NCBI GenBank assembly: GCA_964490765.1
Contig: CAZBDV010000001.1
Location: 50,685-114,684 of the forward strand
DNA from: an uncultured Candidatus Cloacimonadota bacterium
Lineage (GTDB): Bacteria > Cloacimonadota > Cloacimonadia > Cloacimonadales > JAJBBL01
DNA length: 64,000 nt
Reading direction: 5' to 3'
The notes below the pieces were generated by a model. The model was given only the letters and a program-made list of their open reading frames with translations, made no database searches and was not told where the DNA came from. Every line of letters starts with the position of its first letter. Position 1 is the first letter of the stretch. The translations under genes and the position numbers were made by a program. This document shows, piece by piece, positions 10,653 through 20,800 of this stretch.

Positions 10653-10679
10653 TTGACGTTGTCAACTCAGCTTTAAAAT
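10653..10679 (+). promoter_or_regulatory. putative leuS promoter / TTGAC-N3-GTCAA palindrome
   Basis: TTGACG at 10653 lies within the palindrome TTGACGTTGTCAA. TAAAAT follows 15 nt later (short spacer). Confidence 0.4.
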
Positions 10680-10717
10680 ATGACTTCTTAGGAAATATGG
10701 GGATAATGGAGGAAGAA

Positions 10718-13189
10718 ATGGAATACCCTTTTAACGAGATTGAACCGAAATGGCAGAAGTACTGGCAGGAGAAAGGACTGTTTAAAACAGAAGAGAAACC
10801 GGATAAGAAGAAGTATTATGTCTTATCTATGTTTCCTTATCCCTCCGGAGCGTTACATATGGGCCATGTCTCTAATTATTCGATTGGAGATGCTATAACT
10901 CGCTATAAACTTATGCAGGGTTACAACGTCCTGCAGCCAATGGGTTATGATTCTTTCGGACTTCCTGCAGAAAACTTTGCTATACAGAATAAAACTCATC
11001 CCCGTAAAGCAACGGAAGATAATATAGATACTATGAGAGGGCAGTTTGATCGGATGGGTTTCGGCCTCGATTGGAATAGGGAAGTGAGTACCTGTCGACC
11101 CGATTATTACAGGTGGAATCAGTGGCTTTTCAAACGTCTTTATGAGAGGGGGCTGGTATATCGTAAGAAGGCCTATCTCAACTGGTGTGAAGAGTGTCAG
11201 ACTGTTCTTGCCAATGAACAGGTCGAACAGGGACAATGCTGGCGTTGTGAATCTCCGGTGCAACAGAAAGAGATGGAACAGTGGTTCATAAGAATAACTG
11301 AGTATGCTGAAGAACTGCTCGATTTTTCTAAAGTTATCGACTGGCCGGAAAGAGTCAAACTCATGCAAACTCACTGGATCGGGCGCAGTGAAGGGACCAA
11401 CATCAATTTTCCTGTTAAGAATTCTGATCAAGTGATTTCAGTCTTCACGACGAGGCCTGATACGATCTTTGGCTGTACTTATATGGCACTTCCACCCGAA
11501 CATCCCTATATTATGGAGTGGCTGAACGAAACAGATCCAGCATCACCACTTCATGCCTTCTGTCAGAAGGTGATTAATCTGGATAAGATCGCAAGAACAT
11601 CAGAAGATACGACAAAAGAGGGGATGTTCTCCGGACATTATTGCATAAATCCTGTTAATGGTGAGAAGATACCGATCTGGATTACCAATTACGTTCTACT
11701 GGATTACGGAACCGGAGCAGTAATGGCAGTTCCAGCTCATGATCAGAGAGATTTTGAGTTTGCCAAGAAGTACAATCTCCCAATGAAAATAGTGATCCAG
11801 AACGAGAAGAGAGACCTGAATCTGGAAGTAATGCAGGAAGCTTTTGTTGATTCGGGTTTTCTGACTAATTCTGCCCAGTTCGACGGAATGGAGAGTGAAG
11901 CTTCCAAGAAAGCAATAACAGATTGGATGATCGAAAAAGAATATGGAGAATATGCAGTGAGCTACAGGCTGCGTGACTGGGGGATCTCACGTCAGCGGTA
12001 CTGGGGTTCACCAATACCAATCATTCATTGCCCAGATTGTGGTACAGTTCTGGTTCCGGATGAAGAACTACCCGTAGAGCTACCTATGAATGTTGAAGTA
12101 GGGAAGACGAGAAAGAATCCGCTACTCTCTATAGAGGAATGGGTTAATACAACCTGTCCTGTCTGTAACGGACCGGCAAAGAGAGAAACAGATACAATGG
12201 ATACATTCTTCGACAGTTCTTGGTATTATGCCCGCTTTGCCGATGCTCAAAACGATAAGGTTCCATTCAGCAAAGAGAAAGCAGATTACTGGCTTCCGGT
12301 AGATCAGTATATAGGTGGCATAGAACATGCCTGTATGCATCTGATGTATGCCCGTTTCTTTCATAAGTTTATGCGTGACATCGGTCTGCTAAGTGGTGAC
12401 GAACCTTTTTCCAGGCTACTGACTCAGGGGATGGTGATAAAAGACGGTGCCAAGATGTCAAAATCGAAAGGTAATGTCGTAGATCCCAACTACATCATAG
12501 ACAGATACGGTGCCGATACGGCACGTGTCTTCATGCTTTTTGCTTCACCTCCGGATAAAGACGTTGAGTGGAGTGATGAAGGAATAATGGGTGCATTTCG
12601 TTTTCTGAATAGAATCTGGCGGCTTTTCAACAATAATAAAGACCTGATCAGAGAATTCAGAAACCATCAGATCGGGGAGATCAGCGAACAATCACGCAAG
12701 CTGCTCTATACAACTCATTTTACGATCAAGAAGGTTACCGAAGATATCGAACAAAGAATGCAGTTCAATACAGCTATCGCAGCTCTCATGGAGCATTTCA
12801 ATAACATATCAGCAGTAAAAGAACCAGACAAATTGACCGACGATGAAAAAGGCGCCTTTGTTCAGGGGTGTCTTGTTATACCGAGACTACTCTATCCCTT
12901 TGCTCCTCATATTGCAGAAGAACTATGGCAGCAAGCCGGATTTGGCGAGATGATTCACAATTACAGATTTCCTGTCTGGGAACCGAAATACCTGAAACGG
13001 GATGAGATCAATTATGTGATCCAAGTACAGGGTAAGGTTCGGGGAAGAATAACCGTTCCAGCAGATACTGGCGAAGATAAGATAAAAGAGCTGGCTCTCC
13101 AGGTTGATAATGTCCAGAAATTCATCGATAACCAAAAGATAAGAAAGATAGTGATAGTTAAGAACAAGCTCATCAGTATAGTGGTTTAA
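10718..13189 (+). CDS. leuS: leucine--tRNA ligase
   Basis: MFPYPSGALHMGH, FTTRPDT, LRDWGISRQRYWG, GGIEHA and KMSKSKGN. SD GGAGG precedes ATG 10718. Confidence 0.98.
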   Translation: MEYPFNEIEPKWQKYWQEKGLFKTEEKPDKKKYYVLSMFPYPSGALHMGHVSNYSIGDAITRYKLMQGYNVLQPMGYDSFGLPAENFAIQNKTHPRKATEDNIDTMRGQFDRMGFGLDWNREVSTCRPDYYRWNQWLFKRLYERGLVYRKKAYLNWCEECQTVLANEQVEQGQCWRCESPVQQKEMEQWFIRITEYAEELLDFSKVIDWPERVKLMQTHWIGRSEGTNINFPVKNSDQVISVFTTRPDTIFGCTYMALPPEHPYIMEWLNETDPASPLHAFCQKVINLDKIARTSEDTTKEGMFSGHYCINPVNGEKIPIWITNYVLLDYGTGAVMAVPAHDQRDFEFAKKYNLPMKIVIQNEKRDLNLEVMQEAFVDSGFLTNSAQFDGMESEASKKAITDWMIEKEYGEYAVSYRLRDWGISRQRYWGSPIPIIHCPDCGTVLVPDEELPVELPMNVEVGKTRKNPLLSIEEWVNTTCPVCNGPAKRETDTMDTFFDSSWYYARFADAQNDKVPFSKEKADYWLPVDQYIGGIEHACMHLMYARFFHKFMRDIGLLSGDEPFSRLLTQGMVIKDGAKMSKSKGNVVDPNYIIDRYGADTARVFMLFASPPDKDVEWSDEGIMGAFRFLNRIWRLFNNNKDLIREFRNHQIGEISEQSRKLLYTTHFTIKKVTEDIEQRMQFNTAIAALMEHFNNISAVKEPDKLTDDEKGAFVQGCLVIPRLLYPFAPHIAEELWQQAGFGEMIHNYRFPVWEPKYLKRDEINYVIQVQGKVRGRITVPADTGEDKIKELALQVDNVQKFIDNQKIRKIVIVKNKLISIVV

Positions 13190-13227
13190 AAAAAAGCCCC
13201 CCATCTGAATGGTGGGGGGTATTTTTT
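13188..13227. terminator. bidirectional intrinsic terminator
   Basis: A-tract-CCCCCCA...TGGGGGG-T-tract between convergent genes. Confidence 0.85.
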
Positions 13228-13270
13228 ATGCTAATAGTAGTGATTTATGAGTTAGCGCTATCAACAGAAT

Positions 13271-13945
13271 TTATTTGGGGATATTGAACAGATATTCAAC
13301 GCCGTTTGGCTTATTCTTGATCTTTATCTTACCCTCTAGTTCATCTAATAATGTTCTGGCAACAAGCACATCGACTAGCTTATCACTCTCTATCTTCGGA
13401 GCAGATTTGGCATTTACAGCTTTAACTACCTCGTCAGATATGTTCTGGCCACCTCTCAATACCTCAAAATATACACGAGTACCGTCACGGTATACCTTGA
13501 GTTTAACAGTACCACCATCTTCCATGTGTTCAATGCAGTTATCAAAAATCTCATAGAGAATATTCAAGAGACTGAAGGGGCTGACCTCTATCGTACTGTC
13601 TTCTTCTATCTCCTTTTCCAGCTTGATCTTGTGCTTGTAAGTGAGATTAAGGTTCAGGAATTGATCAAAGATGTCGATAAAGGTAGCTATGTCGATCTTC
13701 TGTTTACCAGTGATCTTGTCTTTCTCTATCATGTATTTGACGACATTGATTGTGTTGTTGATCTTTTCTAACTGCTGCATGATCTGATCTATACCCTGCA
13801 GATCGGGGATCTTAAATTTTATGAGCTCGATTCTTCCGGAAATGCTCATTAAAGGTGTATTCATATTATGAATAAAACCTGGAATCAGATCTAAGTATTT
13901 GGACAGCTCTCTGTATTTGATTAGATCCTTAACATCATCTTTCAT
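13271..13945 (-). CDS. sensor-less histidine kinase-like protein (HisKA + degenerate HATPase_c), possible phosphotransferase
   Basis: H-box GFIHNMNTPL and N-box EIFDNC are present. G1 reads VLRGGQN and the G2 GxG box is missing. Confidence 0.7.
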   Translation of the reverse strand: MKDDVKDLIKYRELSKYLDLIPGFIHNMNTPLMSISGRIELIKFKIPDLQGIDQIMQQLEKINNTINVVKYMIEKDKITGKQKIDIATFIDIFDQFLNLNLTYKHKIKLEKEIEEDSTIEVSPFSLLNILYEIFDNCIEHMEDGGTVKLKVYRDGTRVYFEVLRGGQNISDEVVKAVNAKSAPKIESDKLVDVLVARTLLDELEGKIKIKNKPNGVEYLFNIPK

Positions 13946-13972
13946 TTTCCACTCCTTTAAATATGGTTCGTA

Positions 13973-15205
13973 TCAAAGGTAAGATTTAATAACCTTTGCC
14001 AATCTCTTAACACCTTCTATATTCATATCTTTGGCAGAATAAGAGAAGTTGATTCTCATCGTATTTTTGCCTTTGCCATTACAGTAAAAGCTGGAACCAG
14101 TTACGAAGGCGACCTTTTCTTTAATAGCATCTAAAAACAGCTCTCCAGTATCAATATGTTCCGGTACGGTCAGGAACAGGAACAGACCACCTTCCGGTTT
14201 GGTCCAGGTTACCCCTTCTGGCATATACTGTTCGAAAGCTTCCAGCATAGCATCACGTTTTTCTCTGTAGAGGTCAATAATTTTTTTTATATTGCTGTCT
14301 AACAATCCCTGCTCGATGTATCTGGCAGCAATACGCTGAGTATAGGGTGGTGTACAGAGGTCTGTAGACTGTTTAGCAACTACGATCTTATCAAGAATAT
14401 GTTCATTGCCAACTACCCAGCCGATACGGAATCCAGGAGCAAAGATCTTGGAAAATGTTCCCAGCATAACTACCTGTTCACTATTATCGAGATGGTACAT
14501 TGTCTCTACCGGTTCTCCTTCGAAACGCAACTCTCTATATGGACTATCTTCTATAATCAGAACATCGTATTTTTTTGCTAACTCAATAATTTCCAATCTT
14601 CTCTTTTTGGGCATGGTAATACCAGAAGGGTTCTGGAAGTCAGGAATAATATAGATGAATTTCGGTTTTTTATTCTCTGATTGCAGATCTTTAAGAACCT
14701 CTTCTAGTTTGGTTACACTCATTCCGTGTTCGTCGAGGGGGATACCTACCATATCAGCACCGTAACTGTTGAAAGCACCCAATGCACCTAAATAGGAGGG
14801 TAAGCCAACGATGATTTTGTCACCACGGTCTATAAAAATCTTACCGATCAGATCAAGCGCTTGTTGTGATGCTGTCGTAATTATCACATTCTTTAATGAG
14901 ATATTCAAGCCCATTTTTTTATAGCGTTCTACCAGAAGGGTTCTCAACAGAGTATCCCCTTCAGTAGCACCATACTGTAAAGCGACCTGAGCTTCATTCT
15001 TCATAATATCACATAGTATATCATACAACTCCTGGACAGGGAAAGATTCTGGAGAGGGAAGCCCACCGGCGAACGAAATCACTTCAGGATCCTGTGTTAA
15101 CTTCAACAATTCTCTGATCTCCGATTTCTTCATACCTCTGGCATTGGTCGATAAAATCTCATTCAAATCATTAATCATCTCTTCCTCCGATTTATTTTTA
15201 TTCAT
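13973..15205 (-). CDS. PLP-dependent aminotransferase class I/II (LysN/Aro8-like)
   Basis: ISFAGGLP, LQYG, IPDFQNPSG, IIEDSPY and GTFSKIFAPGFRIGW (PLP lysine). Confidence 0.92.
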   Translation of the reverse strand: MNKNKSEEEMINDLNEILSTNARGMKKSEIRELLKLTQDPEVISFAGGLPSPESFPVQELYDILCDIMKNEAQVALQYGATEGDTLLRTLLVERYKKMGLNISLKNVIITTASQQALDLIGKIFIDRGDKIIVGLPSYLGALGAFNSYGADMVGIPLDEHGMSVTKLEEVLKDLQSENKKPKFIYIIPDFQNPSGITMPKKRRLEIIELAKKYDVLIIEDSPYRELRFEGEPVETMYHLDNSEQVVMLGTFSKIFAPGFRIGWVVGNEHILDKIVVAKQSTDLCTPPYTQRIAARYIEQGLLDSNIKKIIDLYREKRDAMLEAFEQYMPEGVTWTKPEGGLFLFLTVPEHIDTGELFLDAIKEKVAFVTGSSFYCNGKGKNTMRINFSYSAKDMNIEGVKRLAKVIKSYL

Positions 15206-16502
15206 TTATATATTTAAGGTACTTATAGTCCTCAATCTGTTTTTTCACTTTTTGAGATAACTCTTTAGCAATCCTTACTTTCAATATTTGTTCTCTATTT
15301 GATTTGTCAATCTGTTTTTCTAAGACCTCAGTCTGTTCTTTCAAAAACCGGATCAGCTTTTTCATCTCCAGCGGAATATGAAGCACTTCATCTCTTTTCT
15401 GGCTCTTTAAAAAGCCAAAAATCAGGGAGAGCAGTTCATCGAAATTCTCATCATATCTGGCTGAGACGAAAACTGAGTTAGGATAGTTCATCATCAATCT
15501 TTTACGGATCAATTTGGCATTAAGATCGTCTCTTAGCTGGTCGGCTTTATTGAATACATAAAGGATATCTCTGTCTAATGCTCCAATCTCTTTCAGTACA
15601 TCATTAACTGATTGGATATAGTTCTCGAAATCGGGTTGCGATATGTCAACAACGTGTAGTAGCAGGTCAGCTTCAGTAACCTCGAGAAGTGTTGAATGAA
15701 AGGAAGTAATGAGATTATGGGGGAGTTTCTTGATAAATCCGATAGTATCACTGATGACAATCTTATCATCACTATCATTACAAACCGCTCTTGTGGTTGA
15801 ATCCAGAGTAGCGAAGAGTTGATCTGCAACATATAGTTTCTCACCGGTAAGCCTGTTAAAGAGAGTAGTTTTACCGGCATTTGTGTAACCGACCAGAGAT
15901 ACATTTTTCAGAGCAGTTCTCTTCTTTCTTTTGAGGACAGCATGTTTCTCAACCTCTTCTATCCTCTTCTGCAGTATATTGATCTTCTTTTTGATCTCTC
16001 TTCTGTCTAACTCTATCTGAGTTTCTCCGGGACCGCGAGTTCCGATACCACCTTCTATCCTTGAAAAATGCTGCCAGAGGTTACGAAGTTTGGAATAGTT
16101 ATACTGTAACATTGCCAGTTCAACCTGCATCTTGGCCTGTTTTGTCTTGGCGTGTGTTGCAAAGATATCGAGGATGAGTTCTGTCCGATCAACTACATTA
16201 CAGGAGGTTAAGCGGGCAATATTCTTGGCCTGTGCCGGTGATAGTTCATCATTAAAGATCAGGGTATCGACATCCTTCTTCTTCGCTTCATTGCTGATCT
16301 CGGTTATCTTTCCTTTGCCGATATAAGTTGAGGGGTTAGGTTTTTCGAGATGCTGGACGAATCTTCCCAGGACCTCGGCATCTGCCGTCCTGCTTAAATG
16401 CTCCAATTCATCAACAGTTCGTTCATATTCATCTCTCTTCTCTTTACCTGTAAATAGACCGATTAGAAATACTCTCTCTTTGACTTTCTTAGTTGATTCC
16501 AT
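15198..16502 (-). CDS. hflX: ribosome rescue GTPase HflX
   Basis: YIGKGK, LILDIFA, GGIGTRGPGETQIE, GYTNAGKT, FATLD, DTIGF and NKAD. Confidence 0.97.
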   Translation of the reverse strand: MESTKKVKERVFLIGLFTGKEKRDEYERTVDELEHLSRTADAEVLGRFVQHLEKPNPSTYIGKGKITEISNEAKKKDVDTLIFNDELSPAQAKNIARLTSCNVVDRTELILDIFATHAKTKQAKMQVELAMLQYNYSKLRNLWQHFSRIEGGIGTRGPGETQIELDRREIKKKINILQKRIEEVEKHAVLKRKKRTALKNVSLVGYTNAGKTTLFNRLTGEKLYVADQLFATLDSTTRAVCNDSDDKIVISDTIGFIKKLPHNLITSFHSTLLEVTEADLLLHVVDISQPDFENYIQSVNDVLKEIGALDRDILYVFNKADQLRDDLNAKLIRKRLMMNYPNSVFVSARYDENFDELLSLIFGFLKSQKRDEVLHIPLEMKKLIRFLKEQTEVLEKQIDKSNREQILKVRIAKELSQKVKKQIEDYKYLKYINE

Positions 16503-16511
16503 ACTCCCCTT

Positions 16512-16808
16512 TTAATAGTCTTTATTTTCATAAACGAGGATATTTTTATTCTTTTTGCGCCATTCCAAAAACTTTTCTTTAACCTCTAACTGCCAGACTA
16601 ACTTCTTCTCTTCACTGGCAAAGGTGATTATGTCGATAAAGTGTATCTTGCCGTCATTACCTTTAAAACTCTTCTGCGGCACCTCGATATCAAAATCACG
16701 TCCCTTCTTTACTACAGTTATTTCGTTGATGAAGATTCCCGGAGCCATCTCTACCGTTGCTCTCGCTTCCACTATCCCTCTACCAACATCTCTAAATTTT
16801 ATCTCCAT
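16512..16808 (-). CDS. small protein, possibly SpoVG-like nucleic-acid-binding protein
   Basis: 98 aa. The pattern A.ATV....I.I..ITVV......I..PQK...DGK..F.DI followed by a C-terminal helix resembles SpoVG. Confidence 0.55.
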   Translation of the reverse strand: MEIKFRDVGRGIVEARATVEMAPGIFINEITVVKKGRDFDIEVPQKSFKGNDGKIHFIDIITFASEEKKLVWQLEVKEKFLEWRKKNKNILVYENKDY

Positions 16809-16841
16809 ATGTTACACCTATGATTTTTACTTTCTTAAGAG

Positions 16842-16869
16842 ATATTAAAAAAGGGGGATAAATAGTCAA
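16842..16869 (-). promoter_or_regulatory. sigma70-type promoter of the spoVG-like-hflX operon
   Basis: Minus strand TTGACT-16 nt-TAATAT. Confidence 0.5.
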
Positions 16870-16970
16870 TATTAATTATTCACTGAGAGTGTGACTGTCT
16901 GGTTCTGATAGAGAGAAGTAATAAAAATCCTTGACTGCTATTTTCACTATAGTCGATTGATTTAACGAGG

Positions 16971-17747
16971 ATGATGATGGATACAGAATTCTATTTTACT
17001 TTTTCCGAGCCGCTTGTATGTACTGCAATACATAACGGTCATTCTCTTTCTACTCCTGTCAAAGATAATTGCGGACTCCCTGAGGATGATAGAGCCAGGG
17101 AAGAGGATTTACGAACCGGATACTTCACCAGAATAGGAGTAAACCGCATTGTGCAGAATAGGTCAAGGTTCGAATACGACCTGAACAGAACCAGAGACAG
17201 GGCTTTTTATCTCGACCCGGGTGATGCCTGGGGTCTTGTTGTCCGTAAAGAACTACCAGATAAGGAACTGATAGAAAATTGTCTGACTCATTACGATATC
17301 TTTTACAGAAGGGTGAGACTCTTTTTTAAAGAGATGCTCAAGTGTTACAGTTCGTTCTGTGTTTTGGATATTCATTCGTATAACCATCACCGCCGAGGGC
17401 CAGACGAACCGCTCGATGACCCGGCAAAAAATCCGGAGATAATACTCGGGACCAGCAATATGCCACAAAAATGGTTTCCTCTGGTTGATCAGTTACGGGA
17501 ACGTCTGACATCTTACGAATTTATGGGGAGAAGGCTGGACGTGAGAATCAATATCAAATTTCCTGGTGGACATTTTCCTCGCTGGATTCATGATAACTAT
17601 GGAAATCGTGTGTGTGCAGTAGCAATAGAGTTCAAGAAAATATTCATGAATGAATGGACTGGTGAGTTTTATCCTGAGGTGTTAAGAGAGTTACGTCAGG
17701 TCCTAAAATCGACAAAACCGTTTATTTTGAAGCAATTCAATGTCTGA
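16971..17747 (+). CDS. N-formylglutamate amidohydrolase family protein
   Basis: TAIHNGH, REED, SRFEYDLNR, LDIHSYN, IILGT, FPGGHF and AIEFKK. Confidence 0.88.
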   Translation: MMMDTEFYFTFSEPLVCTAIHNGHSLSTPVKDNCGLPEDDRAREEDLRTGYFTRIGVNRIVQNRSRFEYDLNRTRDRAFYLDPGDAWGLVVRKELPDKELIENCLTHYDIFYRRVRLFFKEMLKCYSSFCVLDIHSYNHHRRGPDEPLDDPAKNPEIILGTSNMPQKWFPLVDQLRERLTSYEFMGRRLDVRINIKFPGGHFPRWIHDNYGNRVCAVAIEFKKIFMNEWTGEFYPEVLRELRQVLKSTKPFILKQFNV

Positions 17748-17770
17748 TAAACCTCATATTATTCAACTTT

Positions 17771-17786
17771 TGGAACACAAAATGCA
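17771..17786 (+). promoter_or_regulatory. putative sigma54 (-24/-12) promoter of the S8 protease
   Basis: TGGAACACAAAATGCA is GG-N10-GC. A second GG-N10-GC (TGGCTTGATAGCTGCA) lies at 17821-17836. Confidence 0.55.
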
Positions 17787-17859
17787 TCAAAATAGAAATA
17801 GAAGAAAAATAGAGTGGAAGTGGCTTGATAGCTGCATTCCATGATTAAGGGAGAGATTA

Positions 17860-20800
17860 ATGAGAAAATTACACGTGTTAATACTGCTGATGCTACTGGC
17901 AATATGCCAGATATCTGCCCTCAACCTGGAAAAGGGGACAGCAGATCTTAATAATGCTCTTAGGGATTTGAAAGACCCGACAGAGATGTTGCCTGTGATA
18001 GTGGTTATGAAGGATCAGTATGATTCACAACTGCTTTATGACCGGGTAAGTAATTTAAGCCGGGATTTAAGACGGGCAACTACCATAGTGGTTCTGAGTT
18101 CATTCAGTGAACAGAGTCAGTCTGAGATCAGAAATATTCTGCTCGATATGGAAGCCGAAGGAATGGTAGATGAACTCCGTTTTCTCTGGATAACCAATGT
18201 TATCAGTCTCAATGCCGTTGGAGAGGCTTTGGTGTTACTCGATAGGAGAGGAGATATCGACAGAATCGAATACGATCCTCTCAGGCCTGCATTGATAGGC
18301 TTTGATAATGACTATGAAAATAACGAAGAGAATATTAAAGTTCAAACTGATCGCAGTGGTAGAGAGATCGTTTACAATGTTAATCTGATGAATGTGCCAG
18401 ATGTCTGGGATCAGGGATTTTTAGGTGCAGGTGTAACAGTTGCAGTTCTGGATACTGGAGTGAATTATAACCATACAGATATAGTCGATCGTATGTGGAC
18501 TCATGATGATTATCCCAACCATGGATATAACTTTATTAACAATACTCACGCTACCCTGGATGACCATGGACATGGAACACATTGTGCCGGGACAATAGCT
18601 GGTGATGGGACCTCAGGTTCACAGACTGGTGTAGCTCCAGCAAGCCAGATAATGGCGTTAAAGGTGCTCGATTCTGGTGGGAATGGCCAGCAGAGTGGAG
18701 TATGGGATGCCATTCAATTCTCCGTAACTAATGGAGCAGACGTGATGAGTCTGTCATTAGGCTGGCTACATGCCTGGAATCCAGACAGAGTATCATTCCG
18801 TAATGCGATGAATAATGCACTGACAGCCGGAGTAGTCGCTTCAGTAGCAGCAGGGAATGAGGGTAATCAACAGTATATGTACCCTATCCCGAGTAATATA
18901 AGGACTCCGGGAGATTGCCCGCCACCCTGGTTACATCCCGATCAAACACTAACTGGTGGTATTTCTGCTGTAATTTCTGTTGGTGCAACCGATGCTTCCG
19001 ATAATATTGCCAATTTCTCGGGCAGAGGTCCAGTTACCTGGCAGGATGTGCCGCCATTCAACGACTATGGATACAATCCCGGTATTGGATTGATCAGGCC
19101 TGATGTAGTGGCACCGGGTGTAGATATAAAATCACTGGTACATTATAACAATAACGGATATAGATTGATGAGCGGAACTTCAATGGCAACCCCCAATAAT
19201 GCCGGAGTAATAGCACTTTTGCTTTCAAAAGATCCGACAATGCTCCCGGAAGAGGTATCCGAGGTTCTGGAGACAAGTGCTCTTCCATTATCCACAACTA
19301 AGAGTAATACATTCGGTTCTGGCCGGGTAGATGCCCTGGCTGCCATCAATATGGTAACGGCCGATAATCCACCCAACCCGGCAACACATCCCAATCCCGC
19401 AGATGGAGAGGATAGCGTTGCTCTCATGCCGACTTTAAGTTGGTCAAACGGTGGTGGTGCCTTGAGTTACTTTTTCTCTCTCGGGACAGATAATCCGCCG
19501 ACTAATCTGGTCAGTGGTTATCTAACAGCAGAGGCATTTTACCAAATTAGCGAATATCTGGAATCAGAGACTCTCTATTATTGGCAGGTTGATTCTATGA
19601 ATGATAATGGAACGACAGAGGGTGAGGTCTGGTCGTTTACAACTGGTCTTCCTGTCAGCGAAGATTTCGAAAGTGGAGACTTTTCAGGATATGACTGGCA
19701 GTTCACTACTGCAGGCACCGGAGTCCAAGAATGGTATGTTACTACCGATGAATCGAACTCCGGTATCTACTCAGCCAGAAGTGGCCAGGCAGATGATAGC
19801 TGCATAACCACACTATTCATTACACTTGAAGTTGCAGAACCGGGTGTCATATCCTTTTATCGTAAAGTCTCGACAGAAGAGCATTACGATTTCCTCAGGT
19901 TCTTTATCAATACCACAGTTGTTGGACAGTGGTCGGGAGAGATGAATTGGGGTTATGAGAGTTATGAAGTGCAGCCGGGCACATATACATTCCGCTGGCT
20001 CTATCTGAAGAATGCTTCTAATTCTGGAGGTGAGGATGCAGTATGGATTGACGATATAACCTTCCCACCCCTTGTTCAGGAAGAACCGCCTATTATCATT
20101 CCCGATAATCTATGTTATGAACTTGATCTGGAGTACATACATCTGACCTGGGAGTTGCCGGAAGAAAGAGAAGATGAACTACCTGTACTTCTCGGTTATA
20201 ATATTTATCAGGCTATTGACCAGGATGACGACTACACACTTTTGAATCCCGAACCTGTAGAGGATAATGAATATCATATTCTGATTTCCGCTGCCGGAGA
20301 ACATAATTATTATGTAACTGCTGTTTACGATTTAGGAGAATCGGAACCTTCCGAAGCAGTTCATATTACCATCGATCCCTCTCCATCGGATCCAATAATT
20401 GATCCCCCGGGTGGAGAGTATGACCATACGGTTACGGTTACTATCGAAACAGATGATCCGGAGGTGTCTGTTTTCTATACTGTTGATGAGACTGAGCCTG
20501 ACACTGAATCGTTGCTCTATAGTGAGCCGATAGAGATTATCGCCGATCTGATATTGAAAATCAGGGCCTATAAAGAAGGATCTCTACCTGGTGAAGTACT
20601 GACACATGAGTACACTTTTACCAGTTCAGCTGGTGATGATCTGGCAGAATTGTTTACTGATATGAAGATCTATCCTAATCCCTTCATTCTCAATAATCCC
20701 GGCCTTAGAAACAGCAAGTCTCTGACAATTAATCTACAGCTCGGAAAAGATTCGGGACCTGTTCAGATCGAGATTTATAACATAAAAGGACAGCTTGTCA

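Noticed and set aside
10450-10717. T-box leader for leuS (and for valS or metG)
   Set aside because: No GGTGG-ACC T-box core or antiterminator; the putative promoter is close to the start codon.
13973-15205. Calling the aminotransferase DapL because dapB, dapF and lysC are in the window
   Set aside because: Motifs (ISFAGGLP, LQYG, PDFQNPSG) fit the LysN/Aro8 group, not DapL.
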